Source: an uncultured delta proteobacterium
Lineage (GTDB): Bacteria > Desulfobacterota > Binatia > HRBIN30 > BPIQ01
Length of the DNA stretch: 64,000 bases
Assembly (NCBI GenBank): GCA_963761335.1
Contig: CAVXGR010000018.1
Span: forward strand, 480,001-544,000
Direction of reading: 5' to 3'
Numbering within the stretch: position 1 is the stretch's first letter; each line of letters begins with the position of its first letter. Both the position numbers and the translations under genes were made by a program. A model generated the notes under the pieces. It had not been told where the DNA came from. It saw only the letters and a program-made list of their open reading frames with translations, and did not search any database. Of the stretch, positions 10,365 to 19,951 are shown in pieces.

Positions 10365-11761
10365 ATCTCTTCGATGTCCTCGTCCACACCGCTGACCGCT
10401 ACGGTGGGCGGCCGGCGCTCTCCGATGTCGCCAGTGGGGTGACCCTCCGCTACAGAGACGTGTTGGGTATGGCCGAGCACGCGGCTCGCCTGATGCGCTT
10501 GCAGGGCGTAGAGCCCCGGCAGCGAGTGGCCCTGGTTGCCGGTACGACGCTGGCGCACGTGCCCACCGCTTTTGGCATCCTCGCGAGCGGCGCGTGCGTC
10601 GTGCCGATCGCGCCTGCGCTTCGCCCCGCCGAAATTGACGCTGTTCTCGCGGAGACGGACGTGAATGCCATCGTGCGTCTTCGCGAGGGTGAGCCGGTCT
10701 TCGAGTGGGTCGACCGCGGGCGTCGGGGAGCGGACGGCTTCGAGGCTCTCGATCCCGCCTTCGTGCGCTTCACTTCGGGTACCACCGCCACCCACAAAGG
10801 TGTGATCCTCGAACATGCCGAGGTGGCGGCGCGCGTGGCGAGTGCGGATCAGGTATTGAAGCTGGAGGCGGATGATCGGGTGCTGTGGACCCTGCCGCTC
10901 GCGTATCATTTCGCCGTGACCATCGTGTCATACGTGCGCGCCGGTGCCCACGTGCTGCTCTCCAGCGACATGCTTCCGGGCCCGCTCGTCGATGCATGTG
11001 ACCAGCACCGGGCGACGGTCCTGTATGGGTCGCCGATCCAATTCGAGCGGATGGCACGAGCAGCACGCGGCCGGCCCCGGGCGGCCGTTCGGATCGCCCT
11101 GTCGACGGCGACGGCACTGCCAGCGCCGGTCGCCGAGAGGTTCGAGACGGCCTATGGCGTCCCTCTTGGACAGGCCTACGGCATCATCGAAGCCGGCTTG
11201 CCGTGCATCAATCTGCGCGCCGGTGGCGTGCCGGCAACGAGCGTGGGCAGGCCCGCCCCGGGGTACGAGGTGATGGTTGTCGCCGATCACGGGTCCGCGC
11301 TCGCGAACGGCCAAATCGGCGAAGTCGCCGTCCGCGGCGCCGGAATGTTCCGGGGCTACTATCGGCCGTGGCGTCCCCGCGAGGCGCTATTGCGCGACGG
11401 CTGGTTCATGACGGGCGACCTGGGCACCGTTGACGCCGCGGGCTGTCTGACTCTCTGTGGACGGACGAAGTCGACCATCATCGTGGCTGGCATGAAGGTC
11501 TTTCCGGAGGAAGTCGAGGCGGTGCTCGATCGCCAAGCCGGAGTGCGCGAATCGCGCGTCGTCGGCCGCGCGCATGCGCGCCTGGGCGAAGTGCCCTGCG
11601 CCGAGATCGTGCCCGAGCCTGGGGTCGTTCCCGACGTGCGCCGGCTCGCGGCGGCATGTGCCGAGGTGCTCTCGACCTACAAGGTTCCGATCGAGTTCCG
11701 TCTGGTGGCGGCGATTCCTCACACGCCCGGGGGAAAGATCCGACGGGGGAGCTCCCGATAG
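10361..11761 (+). CDS. AMP-dependent acyl-CoA/acyl-ACP ligase
   Basis: Motifs FTSGTT..HKG, AYGIIE, GWFMTGD, GRTK and PHTPGGK. ATGA overlap with the upstream gene. Confidence 0.9.
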   Translation: MNLFDVLVHTADRYGGRPALSDVASGVTLRYRDVLGMAEHAARLMRLQGVEPRQRVALVAGTTLAHVPTAFGILASGACVVPIAPALRPAEIDAVLAETDVNAIVRLREGEPVFEWVDRGRRGADGFEALDPAFVRFTSGTTATHKGVILEHAEVAARVASADQVLKLEADDRVLWTLPLAYHFAVTIVSYVRAGAHVLLSSDMLPGPLVDACDQHRATVLYGSPIQFERMARAARGRPRAAVRIALSTATALPAPVAERFETAYGVPLGQAYGIIEAGLPCINLRAGGVPATSVGRPAPGYEVMVVADHGSALANGQIGEVAVRGAGMFRGYYRPWRPREALLRDGWFMTGDLGTVDAAGCLTLCGRTKSTIIVAGMKVFPEEVEAVLDRQAGVRESRVVGRAHARLGEVPCAEIVPEPGVVPDVRRLAAACAEVLSTYKVPIEFRLVAAIPHTPGGKIRRGSSR

Positions 11762-11785
11762 CGTCGATCGGACCGCTATTGTCAC

Positions 11786-13114
11786 GTGGGCCCTCGCATG
11801 GATAGAGATAGGGGCGTGCCAGCGGGAAAAGCATTTCGCGTCGCCATCGTCGGCAGTGGGCCGGCTGGATCGGCGCTTGCGGCTCTCCTCGCATCGGCCG
11901 GCGCCGATGTCGTGTTGTTTGCGGACGATCGGCGCCGGGACCCGGCCGTGGGCGAATCGCTCATTCCCGACGTGGTTCCGTTGCTGCGCCGGCTTGGCGT
12001 CGAGGAGGAGGTGGCGGCGATCAGCCAGCGCAAGCCGGGGGTCACCTTCGACTGGAGCGCCGGCTTCCAGGTGTCGTTCCGCTTCGGCCGGTTTTCCGGC
12101 AGGATGATTCCGTACGCGTACAACGTTCCTCGGCCGCAGTTCGAAGAAATACTGCAGACCCGAGCCGTCGCCGCCGGCGCCCGTCTCGTCCGGGCGCGCG
12201 CTCGTCTCACGCGCGGACCGTCGGACGGCCCAGAGGTCGTCCTCGACGCGTCCGCCCGCGCTGTCGTCGACTGGGGCCCTGACCACCCGAATCTGATTGT
12301 CGACGCCACAGGGCGCAGTCGGATGGTCACCCGGCTGCTCGATATACCGGCGCGGCTCGGCCCGCGCGATGACGTGGCGCATTTCGCGCATTACACCGGC
12401 CACGACTGGAATGCGCCCCCCGGCCAGGTCATCATCGGTCGAGTGAGCGGCGGCTGGAGCTGGCAAATACCGCTTCCCGACCGACTGTCCGTCGGTGTGG
12501 TGCTCAATCGCGGCATCGCCGCCGGGCTCGGTGCGACGCCGGAGGCTCGACTGGACGCGGCGATCGCGTCGGCCCCGGACCTGGCGAGGACTCTGCGGGC
12601 GGCGCGAAGGATGGGCGAGGTTGCGACCTATGCCAATTATCAGCTGATCACCAGCCGCGGTAGCGGGCGCGGTTGGGTCGCCGTCGGCGACGCCTTTGGC
12701 TTCGTCGATCCGATGCTGTCTCCGGGGGTATCGGTTGCGCTGCGCTCTGCGGAAATTCTCGCAGACACGCTCGCCCCCGTGCTCGACGCCGCAGGTCGCG
12801 AGCCTGCCGACCGCGCCCCGGAAGCGGACTTGCATGGCTACACGAGTAAGATGACGGTCCTGCTCGATGCGTGGATGGAGCTCATCGAGTATCTCTACGA
12901 CGGGCGCATGCTGGCCCTTGTCCAGTCGGGGCTCGACATGATGGGCGAGCGCCGCGATCGACTCGCTCTTCTGGTACAAAATACGGTCGAAAAAAATGTG
13001 GCGCTCCTGGCTACCGGCACGGCGATCACATCGCGCTATCGCCGAGGGTTTCTGCGTTTTCTGAGTCGCCACGGGCTCCGCGGCGTCGATCCCCGCGCCT
13101 TCGCAATCCGCTGA
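11786..13114 (+). CDS. Flavin-dependent halogenase-like protein
   Basis: Motifs GSGPAG, VGESL, KPGVTFDW, WSWQIP and GDAFGFVDPMLSPG. Start uncertain (11786, 11798 or 11816). Confidence 0.8.
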   Translation: MGPRMDRDRGVPAGKAFRVAIVGSGPAGSALAALLASAGADVVLFADDRRRDPAVGESLIPDVVPLLRRLGVEEEVAAISQRKPGVTFDWSAGFQVSFRFGRFSGRMIPYAYNVPRPQFEEILQTRAVAAGARLVRARARLTRGPSDGPEVVLDASARAVVDWGPDHPNLIVDATGRSRMVTRLLDIPARLGPRDDVAHFAHYTGHDWNAPPGQVIIGRVSGGWSWQIPLPDRLSVGVVLNRGIAAGLGATPEARLDAAIASAPDLARTLRAARRMGEVATYANYQLITSRGSGRGWVAVGDAFGFVDPMLSPGVSVALRSAEILADTLAPVLDAAGREPADRAPEADLHGYTSKMTVLLDAWMELIEYLYDGRMLALVQSGLDMMGERRDRLALLVQNTVEKNVALLATGTAITSRYRRGFLRFLSRHGLRGVDPRAFAIR

Positions 13115-13127
13115 CGCTCGGCGGCGC

Positions 13128-14009
13128 TCAAGCGCGCCGCACGGCGTGGATCAAGCGTATGGGCATTCCGTCTTCGTCTGCACGAAGATCGAATCCATGG
13201 GCGTCGAGCCACGCGGCGACGTCTCGGCGGTGCCACGAGGCGGCGAAGGGTTCGTACATGGTGCGCGCCAGAAGCCAGAAGTAGAGGCCAACCAGGCCAT
13301 GGTTGCGCGTGAAGCGACCCAGCTGGTTCGGCTGAAACTGGAGCGGCGAGGGTTCCGCGATGATGAGCTTGCCGCCCGGGGTCAGAATCCGATGGAGCTC
13401 TGCGAGTGCCCGGTTGCCGGCTCGTGTAGGCATTTCGTGAAAGACAAAGCAGACCCCGGCCCCATCGAAGCGCGCCGCCGGGAATCCGTTTTCCTCGGCA
13501 GTCCCTTGCACGAAATGGGCGCCGGGATGTCGCCTTGCCGCCTCGCGGAGCAGAAAGGGTGACGGGTCGAGGCCCCACACTTCCGGCACGCCGTTCGCCA
13601 GCAATGCGCCGGCGAGCGCTCCCGCTCCGCAGCCCACGTCGAGCGCCGCCCGGCATTCGCGCAATGCGTGCGCGATCGTCACCCGTGCGCGTCGCGCACG
13701 TCCAAGCATGATGAAGTCAAAGCAGCGGGTGTACCCGGCGACGATGCGCTTTGAGTAGTTGCCGTTGGGAAGGTGGTGAAACTCGCGCCGCAGGTACGCG
13801 GGAATGCGGTCGGCGCCCGGTAGGTCGGCGGGGATCTCGACGCGCCGCCGACGCCCGAGGAAGCGCCGCAGCAGGATCGCCAGATCGCGTGGAGACGCCA
13901 GGTTCAGCTGGTCCGGCCAGCCACCCGGCAGCGAGATCGTCCTCCAGTCGATCCGCTCGCGATTGTCGGCTGACGCCTCGGAGCTCGTGGGTGCGCACTC
14001 TGGCGACAT
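13128..14009 (-). CDS. Class I SAM-dependent methyltransferase
   Basis: Motifs LDVGCGAG, GLDPS, FVFHEM and RILTPGG. Confidence 0.9.
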   Translation of the reverse strand: MSPECAPTSSEASADNRERIDWRTISLPGGWPDQLNLASPRDLAILLRRFLGRRRRVEIPADLPGADRIPAYLRREFHHLPNGNYSKRIVAGYTRCFDFIMLGRARRARVTIAHALRECRAALDVGCGAGALAGALLANGVPEVWGLDPSPFLLREAARRHPGAHFVQGTAEENGFPAARFDGAGVCFVFHEMPTRAGNRALAELHRILTPGGKLIIAEPSPLQFQPNQLGRFTRNHGLVGLYFWLLARTMYEPFAASWHRRDVAAWLDAHGFDLRADEDGMPIRLIHAVRRA

Positions 14010-14119
14010 GACTGCCCATTCTACTAGTACGGCATACGACCTTGTCAACGTTGCCACTCCACCCTGCCGGGCACTGCATTCTGCTGGACGAAGGTTGAGT
14101 GCCTCGCTATACGGGTGCC

Positions 14120-15571
14120 ATGCCTGGCCAGACCATTGTCTTCGTCGAGCCGCCGTACGTGTGCTGGGACAGGCGCATGGATCGCGTCCGCGAGGGCGAG
14201 GAGGAGATTCCAGGCATCGGCACGCTGGTTCTCGCCGCCGTCGCGCGCCAGCGAGGTCACACGGTTTACATCGTGGACGGCAAGCGAGCCGGGAAGCCGC
14301 TCGACGATGTCGTGGCGTCGGTGGTTGCCCTTCGGCCGGACCATGTCGGCATCAGCGCCACGACAATTTCCATTACCAATGCGGCGTCCATCGCCACGCG
14401 CCTCAAGGAACAGGTCCCTGGCGTCGTGGTCACCGTCGGCGGGCCGCACGTGAGCGCCATCCCGGAATCGACGCTGCAGCGCTTCGCGGGCTTTGACTAC
14501 GGAATCATCGGCGAAGGCGAACGGTCGTACTTCGCGCTCATCGACGCGCTGGCGTCTGCTGCGCCGCTGCGCGGCGTACCCGGGCTGGTGTATCGCGAGG
14601 GTGGCGCTGTCTGTAAGAACCCGGCAGCGCCGTATCTCGACGGAAACGACCTCGACCAACTCCCGGAGCCCGCCTGGGACCTGGTGGCGGACTTCCCGTT
14701 GCGGTTCCAGCCGAACGTGTTCAACTACCGTGCGACGCCCGTTGCCAGCCTGGTGACGTCGCGTGGCTGCCCGTTCTCCTGCACCTTCTGCGATCGTTCG
14801 ACGTCCGGACGCAGAGGTCGCTTCCACGGCGTCGATTACGTGATGCGCCTTTGCCACGACCTCGTGGAGCGGGGGGTGCGACACGTGCTCTTTTACGACG
14901 ACCTCTTCACCGTGAACCGGCCGCGCGTCGTCGAGCTGTGCGAGCGTTTCCTCGAGGCCGGCTTCAAGTTCACCTGGAGCTGCAACAGCCATCCGAACCT
15001 CCTCGACCCGAAGACCCTCCAGCTCATGCGCCGCGCCGGCTGTTGGCAGATCGCCTACGGCATCGAATCGGGCTCGCAGCGAGTCCTCGACGTCGTCAAG
15101 CACGAGGTGCGCATCCCGCGCATGCTGGAGACCCTCCGCCAGACGCGCGCCGCCGGCATTCGCGTCAAGGGCCTCCTGATGATGGCGCATCCCACCGAGG
15201 ACGAGGCGAGCCTCGCCGAGACGGTGGAATTTCTGCGCACGGCGCCGATCGATCTCGCCCAGATCACCAAGTTCACCCCGTACCCCGGGACTCCCTCCTA
15301 CGCGACCGTGCGCGAGCGCGGCACGTTCAACGAGGACTGGGAGCGCATGAATGCCATGAACTGGGTGTTCGTGCCGAACGGGCTGACACCCGAGGTGCTC
15401 GAGCGTTATTTCCGGCTGGCGTATCGAACGTTCTATTCGCGTCCTGACGTGCTGTGGGGCCTGGCCAAAACGCTGGCGGGCGAGCCGCGGTTTCTGGGGC
15501 GGTTTGCGACCTATGTGCGGGTGGGGATGCGTGACTGGGTGCGCACGCCGACCGCATCGGCGTCGGTGTGA
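14120..15571 (+). CDS. Cobalamin-binding radical SAM enzyme (class B methyltransferase-like)
   Basis: N-terminal B12-binding domain (VGIS, VGGPH, GEGE), TSRGCPFSCTFC, YDDLF, YGIESG and PYPGT. Confidence 0.93.
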   Translation: MPGQTIVFVEPPYVCWDRRMDRVREGEEEIPGIGTLVLAAVARQRGHTVYIVDGKRAGKPLDDVVASVVALRPDHVGISATTISITNAASIATRLKEQVPGVVVTVGGPHVSAIPESTLQRFAGFDYGIIGEGERSYFALIDALASAAPLRGVPGLVYREGGAVCKNPAAPYLDGNDLDQLPEPAWDLVADFPLRFQPNVFNYRATPVASLVTSRGCPFSCTFCDRSTSGRRGRFHGVDYVMRLCHDLVERGVRHVLFYDDLFTVNRPRVVELCERFLEAGFKFTWSCNSHPNLLDPKTLQLMRRAGCWQIAYGIESGSQRVLDVVKHEVRIPRMLETLRQTRAAGIRVKGLLMMAHPTEDEASLAETVEFLRTAPIDLAQITKFTPYPGTPSYATVRERGTFNEDWERMNAMNWVFVPNGLTPEVLERYFRLAYRTFYSRPDVLWGLAKTLAGEPRFLGRFATYVRVGMRDWVRTPTASASV

Positions 15572-15586
15572 TCGCCCGGCTCTCTC

Positions 15587-16426
15587 TCAGATCTCCGGAA
15601 CCCCACCGAGCACCGATGGGCGTCGCTGCCAGCGCCACAGGCTTTCGGCGCGCAGCAGCTCGTCCTGGCTCGAGCGGGTGATCGCCTGTACGAAGCGCGC
15701 CTGACGCGGTGGGTCGTCGTCGGTGTTGCCGAGATCGTCGAGCCAGCTGCGCACCAGCAGCGACTCGCCGGCGAAGGCGTCGTTGAAGTACTCGGCGTCC
15801 AGCCAGTGGAGCCGGAGGGCGCCTCCTTTGGCGAGCATGCGCTCCAGCGGCCAGCCGAGCGCCGCGAGCTGCTCGAAGGCGCCGTCCTCGAGGTAGTTGG
15901 CGTAGATGGCGTTGTTCACGTGCACCAGGTGGTCGAGATGGGAAGGATACACGGCCAGCGCCAGCTCCCGCGCCGCGCCGGCACCACTCTGCGGCAGCGG
16001 CTTGGCGCGGGGCAGGGCGGGGAGCTCGTCGCCCTCGGTCAGCGCCTGACGCAGCTCCTCGGGAATGCGGGTCGGCCGCCGCCGCTCGAGGTCCCAGTAG
16101 ACCCAGTCGGTGCTGCCGCGGGCCACCAGGACGTCGCCGCGCCGCACCAGATAACGCCGCAGCGAGCGGGCGCGGCGAAAGTCGGCGACCTGGGTCTCGA
16201 CGTTGACCACGTCGCCTCCACCGACCGGGATCAGACGCTCGAGGCGGGTGCGGCGGATGATCCACGTCTGCCCGTCGCGTGTGTATCGCGTCGCATCGAA
16301 GCCGCACTCCGTCGACGCCTCGATCGCCGCTTGCTCGAGGAGCCCGAGCAGGGCAGAGACCTTGAGCTCGCCGAGGAAGTCCACGTCCGCGTGCGAGAGG
16401 CGGCGCTCGAGAAGGTGTCGTCGCAT
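15587..16426 (-). CDS. Acyl-ACP thioesterase (double hotdog)
   Basis: Two hotdog-like halves with the motif LDHLVHVNNAIY. Confidence 0.85.
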   Translation of the reverse strand: MRRHLLERRLSHADVDFLGELKVSALLGLLEQAAIEASTECGFDATRYTRDGQTWIIRRTRLERLIPVGGGDVVNVETQVADFRRARSLRRYLVRRGDVLVARGSTDWVYWDLERRRPTRIPEELRQALTEGDELPALPRAKPLPQSGAGAARELALAVYPSHLDHLVHVNNAIYANYLEDGAFEQLAALGWPLERMLAKGGALRLHWLDAEYFNDAFAGESLLVRSWLDDLGNTDDDPPRQARFVQAITRSSQDELLRAESLWRWQRRPSVLGGVPEI

Positions 16427-16538
16427 GATCAAGAAGCCTGCCGCCGCGGTGTCGGGCGGGGTTTTCAGCTGCTAGCATGACCGGAGTATCGGCTCCAGAG
16501 CGGTCCGTCCGCGGCCGCCGCAGTTGCCGGAGAGGGGC

Positions 16539-17816
16539 ATGAGCTTTTTCGACGTCGTCGCCATTCTGATCACGCTCGCCGCGGCGTTCAGCTATCTGAA
16601 CTACCGCGTCATTGGCCTGCCGACGACGATCGGCATCATGCTCATCGCCCTGGTCATGTCGCTGGCGCTGATCGGGCTGCATCAGCTCGGCGTCGGGCTG
16701 GATACGGCGGCGGCCGAGCTGCTCGGCTCCGTCGACTTCAACAAGGCCGTGCTCGGCGGTATGCTGGCCTTCCTGCTGTTCGCCGGTGCCCTGCACGTCA
16801 ATCTGAGCGACCTGTGGGACGAGAAGACGGTCGTCGCTCTGCTCTCGACCGCCAGCGTCGTGCTCTCGACCCTGATCATCGCGGCGCTCACCTGGATGGT
16901 GCTTGCCCTGATCGGACTGCGCGTACCGCTGGTCTACTGTGCCCTCTTCGGAGCGCTCATCTCGCCGACCGACCCGATTGCCGTCCTCGGCATTCTCAAG
17001 TCCGCGGGTGTTCCTCGGGACCTGGAGATGCGCATCACCGGCGAGTCGCTGTTCAACGACGGCATCGGCGTCGTCGTCTTCATCGTCGTTCTCGAGATGT
17101 CGACCGGCGCGCGACCGCTCTCGCTGGGCAGCGTGGTGCTGCTGTTCGGCCGCGAAGCCGCCGGGGGCGCGGCCCTGGGGCTGGTGAGCGGGGTGCTCGC
17201 CTACCTGATGCTGAAGAGCGTCGACAACTACCAGGTGGAGGTGCTGATCACCCTCGCCCTGGTCATGGGCACCTATGCGGCCGCGGGAGGACTGCACCTC
17301 TCGGGACCGATCGCCATGGTCATCGCCGGCCTGTTGATCGGCAACCGCGGTCGCCAGTTCGCCATGTCGGAGACCACGCGCCAGCACCTGGACACCTTCT
17401 GGGAGCTCGTCGACGAGATTCTCAACGCCGTTCTCTTCGTCCTCATCGGCTTAGAGGTGCTCGTCCTGCCCTTCACGCCGCAGTACCTGATCGCCGGCGC
17501 TGCCGCGATTCCGATCGTGCTGCTGGCGCGCTACGTCAGCGTCAGCATCCCCGTACGGCTGCTCAGCTTGGGGCGCCATTTCGGACCGAAGACGGTCCGC
17601 ATTCTCACCTGGGCGGGCCTCCGCGGCGGCATCTCGGTGGCTCTGGCACTGTCGCTGCCGCGCGGCCCGCACCGGGAGGTGTTGGTGGCCATCACCTACT
17701 CCGTCGTCCTCTTCTCGATCGTGGTGCAAGGACTGTCGATCGGCTGGGTGATCCGCCGCAGCGGTCTCAGCGTACCCCCACCACCGCCGCTCGCGCCGCC
17801 GCCCGTCTCCAGCTGA
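16539..17816 (+). CDS. CPA1/NhaP-type Na+/H+ antiporter
   Basis: Motifs ISPTDPIAV, GESLFNDG and GLRGG, with many TM helices. Confidence 0.93.
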   Translation: MSFFDVVAILITLAAAFSYLNYRVIGLPTTIGIMLIALVMSLALIGLHQLGVGLDTAAAELLGSVDFNKAVLGGMLAFLLFAGALHVNLSDLWDEKTVVALLSTASVVLSTLIIAALTWMVLALIGLRVPLVYCALFGALISPTDPIAVLGILKSAGVPRDLEMRITGESLFNDGIGVVVFIVVLEMSTGARPLSLGSVVLLFGREAAGGAALGLVSGVLAYLMLKSVDNYQVEVLITLALVMGTYAAAGGLHLSGPIAMVIAGLLIGNRGRQFAMSETTRQHLDTFWELVDEILNAVLFVLIGLEVLVLPFTPQYLIAGAAAIPIVLLARYVSVSIPVRLLSLGRHFGPKTVRILTWAGLRGGISVALALSLPRGPHREVLVAITYSVVLFSIVVQGLSIGWVIRRSGLSVPPPPPLAPPPVSS

Positions 17817-17824
17817 GCATCCCC

Positions 17825-19951
17825 TCATTTCCCTGGGCCGCGCACCGTGAAGCGCACGCGGGCGGCGATCTGCTTCCCGGCGTCGGCGAGCGCCAGCGCG
17901 TGGTGCCCGGCACGGGGAGACCACAGGCGCAGCTGAGCGGCGGAGCCGATGTCCTCGCCGTCGAGCTGCCACCTCCAGGAGGAGTCGACGCCACTGGCAT
18001 CGAAGGCGAGACGCTGGCGCTCCTCCGGGATGTCGGGGTCGATGGCGATCACCGCGCCGTCTGTCGGCGCCCGAATGCGCGGCCGCGCCGGAGCCAGGCG
18101 CTGCTCGGCTGCGCGCGGCTCGGTGCCGCGGATGAACCATTCGCGCCGGGGTGTTTCGGCTCCACCGGAGATCCGAACGTTCTGGGCGCTTGCCTCCGGC
18201 GGCGGCAGCGGCGGCGCGCTGGGCGTATCGCGGTGCAGCCAGGTCATGATGTCGAGCCAGACGGGGGCGGCGCCGGTGATACCGCTGACGTCGCGCATCG
18301 GCGCGCCGGAGAAGTTGCCGACCCAGACGGCCACCGTGTAGCGGCGCGAGTAGCCGACGCACCAGTTGTCGCGCATGTCCTTGCTGGTACCGGTCTTCAC
18401 CGCCGCCCAGAAACGGGTCGCCAGGGAATTCTCCAGTCCGAAGGTGACCATGCGGCTCTCGCGATCGGAGAGAATGTCGGAGATGATGAACGCCGTGGCC
18501 GGGGAGTAGACGCGCCGCTCCACTTCCGCGGTGGCACCGCCGGCTCGCAGGTGCAAGGGCGTCCACAGGCCGCCGTTGGCGAGAGCGCGATAGGCGCCGG
18601 CCATCTCCCAGAGGCTGACCTCGGCGGCGCCCAGGGCGAGAGCCGGGCCGTAGTAGTCGGCGGGGCGCGAGACGCCGGCAAAGCCGAGGCGGCGCAGCTG
18701 GCGGACGAAGGCGCCGCCGCCGACCAGGGACAGCGTCCGCACTGCCGGGATGTTCAGTGATCCAGCGAGCGCCGTGCGCGCGCTGACCAGGCCGTGGAAC
18801 TGCTCATCGTAGTTCTGCGGCTCGTAGATGCCGGCCCCGGCGTCCATGGCCAACGGTGCGTCCTCCAACAGCGATGCCGCCGTGAGCAGCCGCTTCTCCA
18901 GGGCGAGGCCGTAGAGAAAGGGCTTCAGCGCCGAGCCTGGCTGGCGGTGCGCCCGCACTCCGTCGACGTAGGGGGCGCTCGACAGCGCACCGCTGCCGCC
19001 GACGTAAGCGAGCACCTCCCCCGAGGCGTTGTCGGCCACCAGCACGGCGCCGTCCTGAACCGATCGATCGCGCACGGCCAACAGATGGCGATGTAAGGCG
19101 CCGCGCGCGTAGCGCTGCAGAGGCGCGTCGAGGGTCGAGGCGACGCTCTCTCGCGTCCCCGCCGAGAGCAGGCGCCGCGCCACGTGTGGCGCCAGGGACG
19201 GACGCGGCCCGGCGCCGCGCGCAACCGCGAAGGCGCGGGCCACCGCTGTGTCAATCTCTCCCTCCGCGGCGCTTCCGGCGCCGGCGCGAGAAAGCGCCGC
19301 GGCGCGCTGACGGACCGCGATGGATTCGGCGTTCGGCGCCTTCAACAGGGCGGCGAGCACCAGCGCCTCGGCGTTCGTGACACCGTCGGGAACCTTGTCG
19401 AAGAGCACGCCGGCGGCGGTGCCCACTCCCTGGAGCTCGCCGCGGAAGGAGACCAGGTTCAGGTAGGCCTCGAGAATCTGGTCCTTGCTCCACCGCCGTT
19501 CCAGCTGCCAGGCGGCGCGCATCTGCTGCCACTTCTGGCCCAGCGATCGGCCGCCGCGAGTCGGCTGCAGACGGGGATCGAGCAGTGCCGCGAGCTGCAT
19601 GGTGATGGTGCTGGCGCCGCGCAGCCGAGCGCCGGTGATCCATCCGGCAAAGGCACCGGCCATGGCGATCACGTCGACGCCGCTGTGCCGCCGGAAGCGC
19701 CGGTCCTCGGCGGTGATGATCGCCTCCACGATAGCGGGCGATACCGCCCGGAGCGGCGTCCATTGAAGGCGGCGGCGATGCGCATCGACGCGCAGCTCGT
19801 CGATGACCTCTCCATGGCGATCGAGCAGGCGCACGTCGGAGGGCCGATAGGCGGCGCGCACCTCGGCAAAGCTCGGCAGGGCCGATGCCGCGCCGACCTG
19901 TGGCGCTGCCAGGGCGATGGCGGTGAGGACGGCTGCCGCGATAAGCCTCAG
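17825..19951 (-). CDS. pbpC: Penicillin-binding protein 1C
   Basis: Transglycosylase EDRRF, GASTITMQ and YLN; transpeptidase SALK, SLN and KTG; directly downstream of alpha-2-macroglobulin. Start inferred (CTG at 19951). Confidence 0.9.
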   Translation of the reverse strand: MRLIAAAVLTAIALAAPQVGAASALPSFAEVRAAYRPSDVRLLDRHGEVIDELRVDAHRRRLQWTPLRAVSPAIVEAIITAEDRRFRRHSGVDVIAMAGAFAGWITGARLRGASTITMQLAALLDPRLQPTRGGRSLGQKWQQMRAAWQLERRWSKDQILEAYLNLVSFRGELQGVGTAAGVLFDKVPDGVTNAEALVLAALLKAPNAESIAVRQRAAALSRAGAGSAAEGEIDTAVARAFAVARGAGPRPSLAPHVARRLLSAGTRESVASTLDAPLQRYARGALHRHLLAVRDRSVQDGAVLVADNASGEVLAYVGGSGALSSAPYVDGVRAHRQPGSALKPFLYGLALEKRLLTAASLLEDAPLAMDAGAGIYEPQNYDEQFHGLVSARTALAGSLNIPAVRTLSLVGGGAFVRQLRRLGFAGVSRPADYYGPALALGAAEVSLWEMAGAYRALANGGLWTPLHLRAGGATAEVERRVYSPATAFIISDILSDRESRMVTFGLENSLATRFWAAVKTGTSKDMRDNWCVGYSRRYTVAVWVGNFSGAPMRDVSGITGAAPVWLDIMTWLHRDTPSAPPLPPPEASAQNVRISGGAETPRREWFIRGTEPRAAEQRLAPARPRIRAPTDGAVIAIDPDIPEERQRLAFDASGVDSSWRWQLDGEDIGSAAQLRLWSPRAGHHALALADAGKQIAARVRFTVRGPGK

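Noticed and set aside
7645..15571. Genomic island boundaries around the biosynthetic cluster
   Set aside because: Codon usage looks slightly less GC-biased by eye, but no integrase, tRNA or flanking direct repeats are visible and I could not compute GC3.
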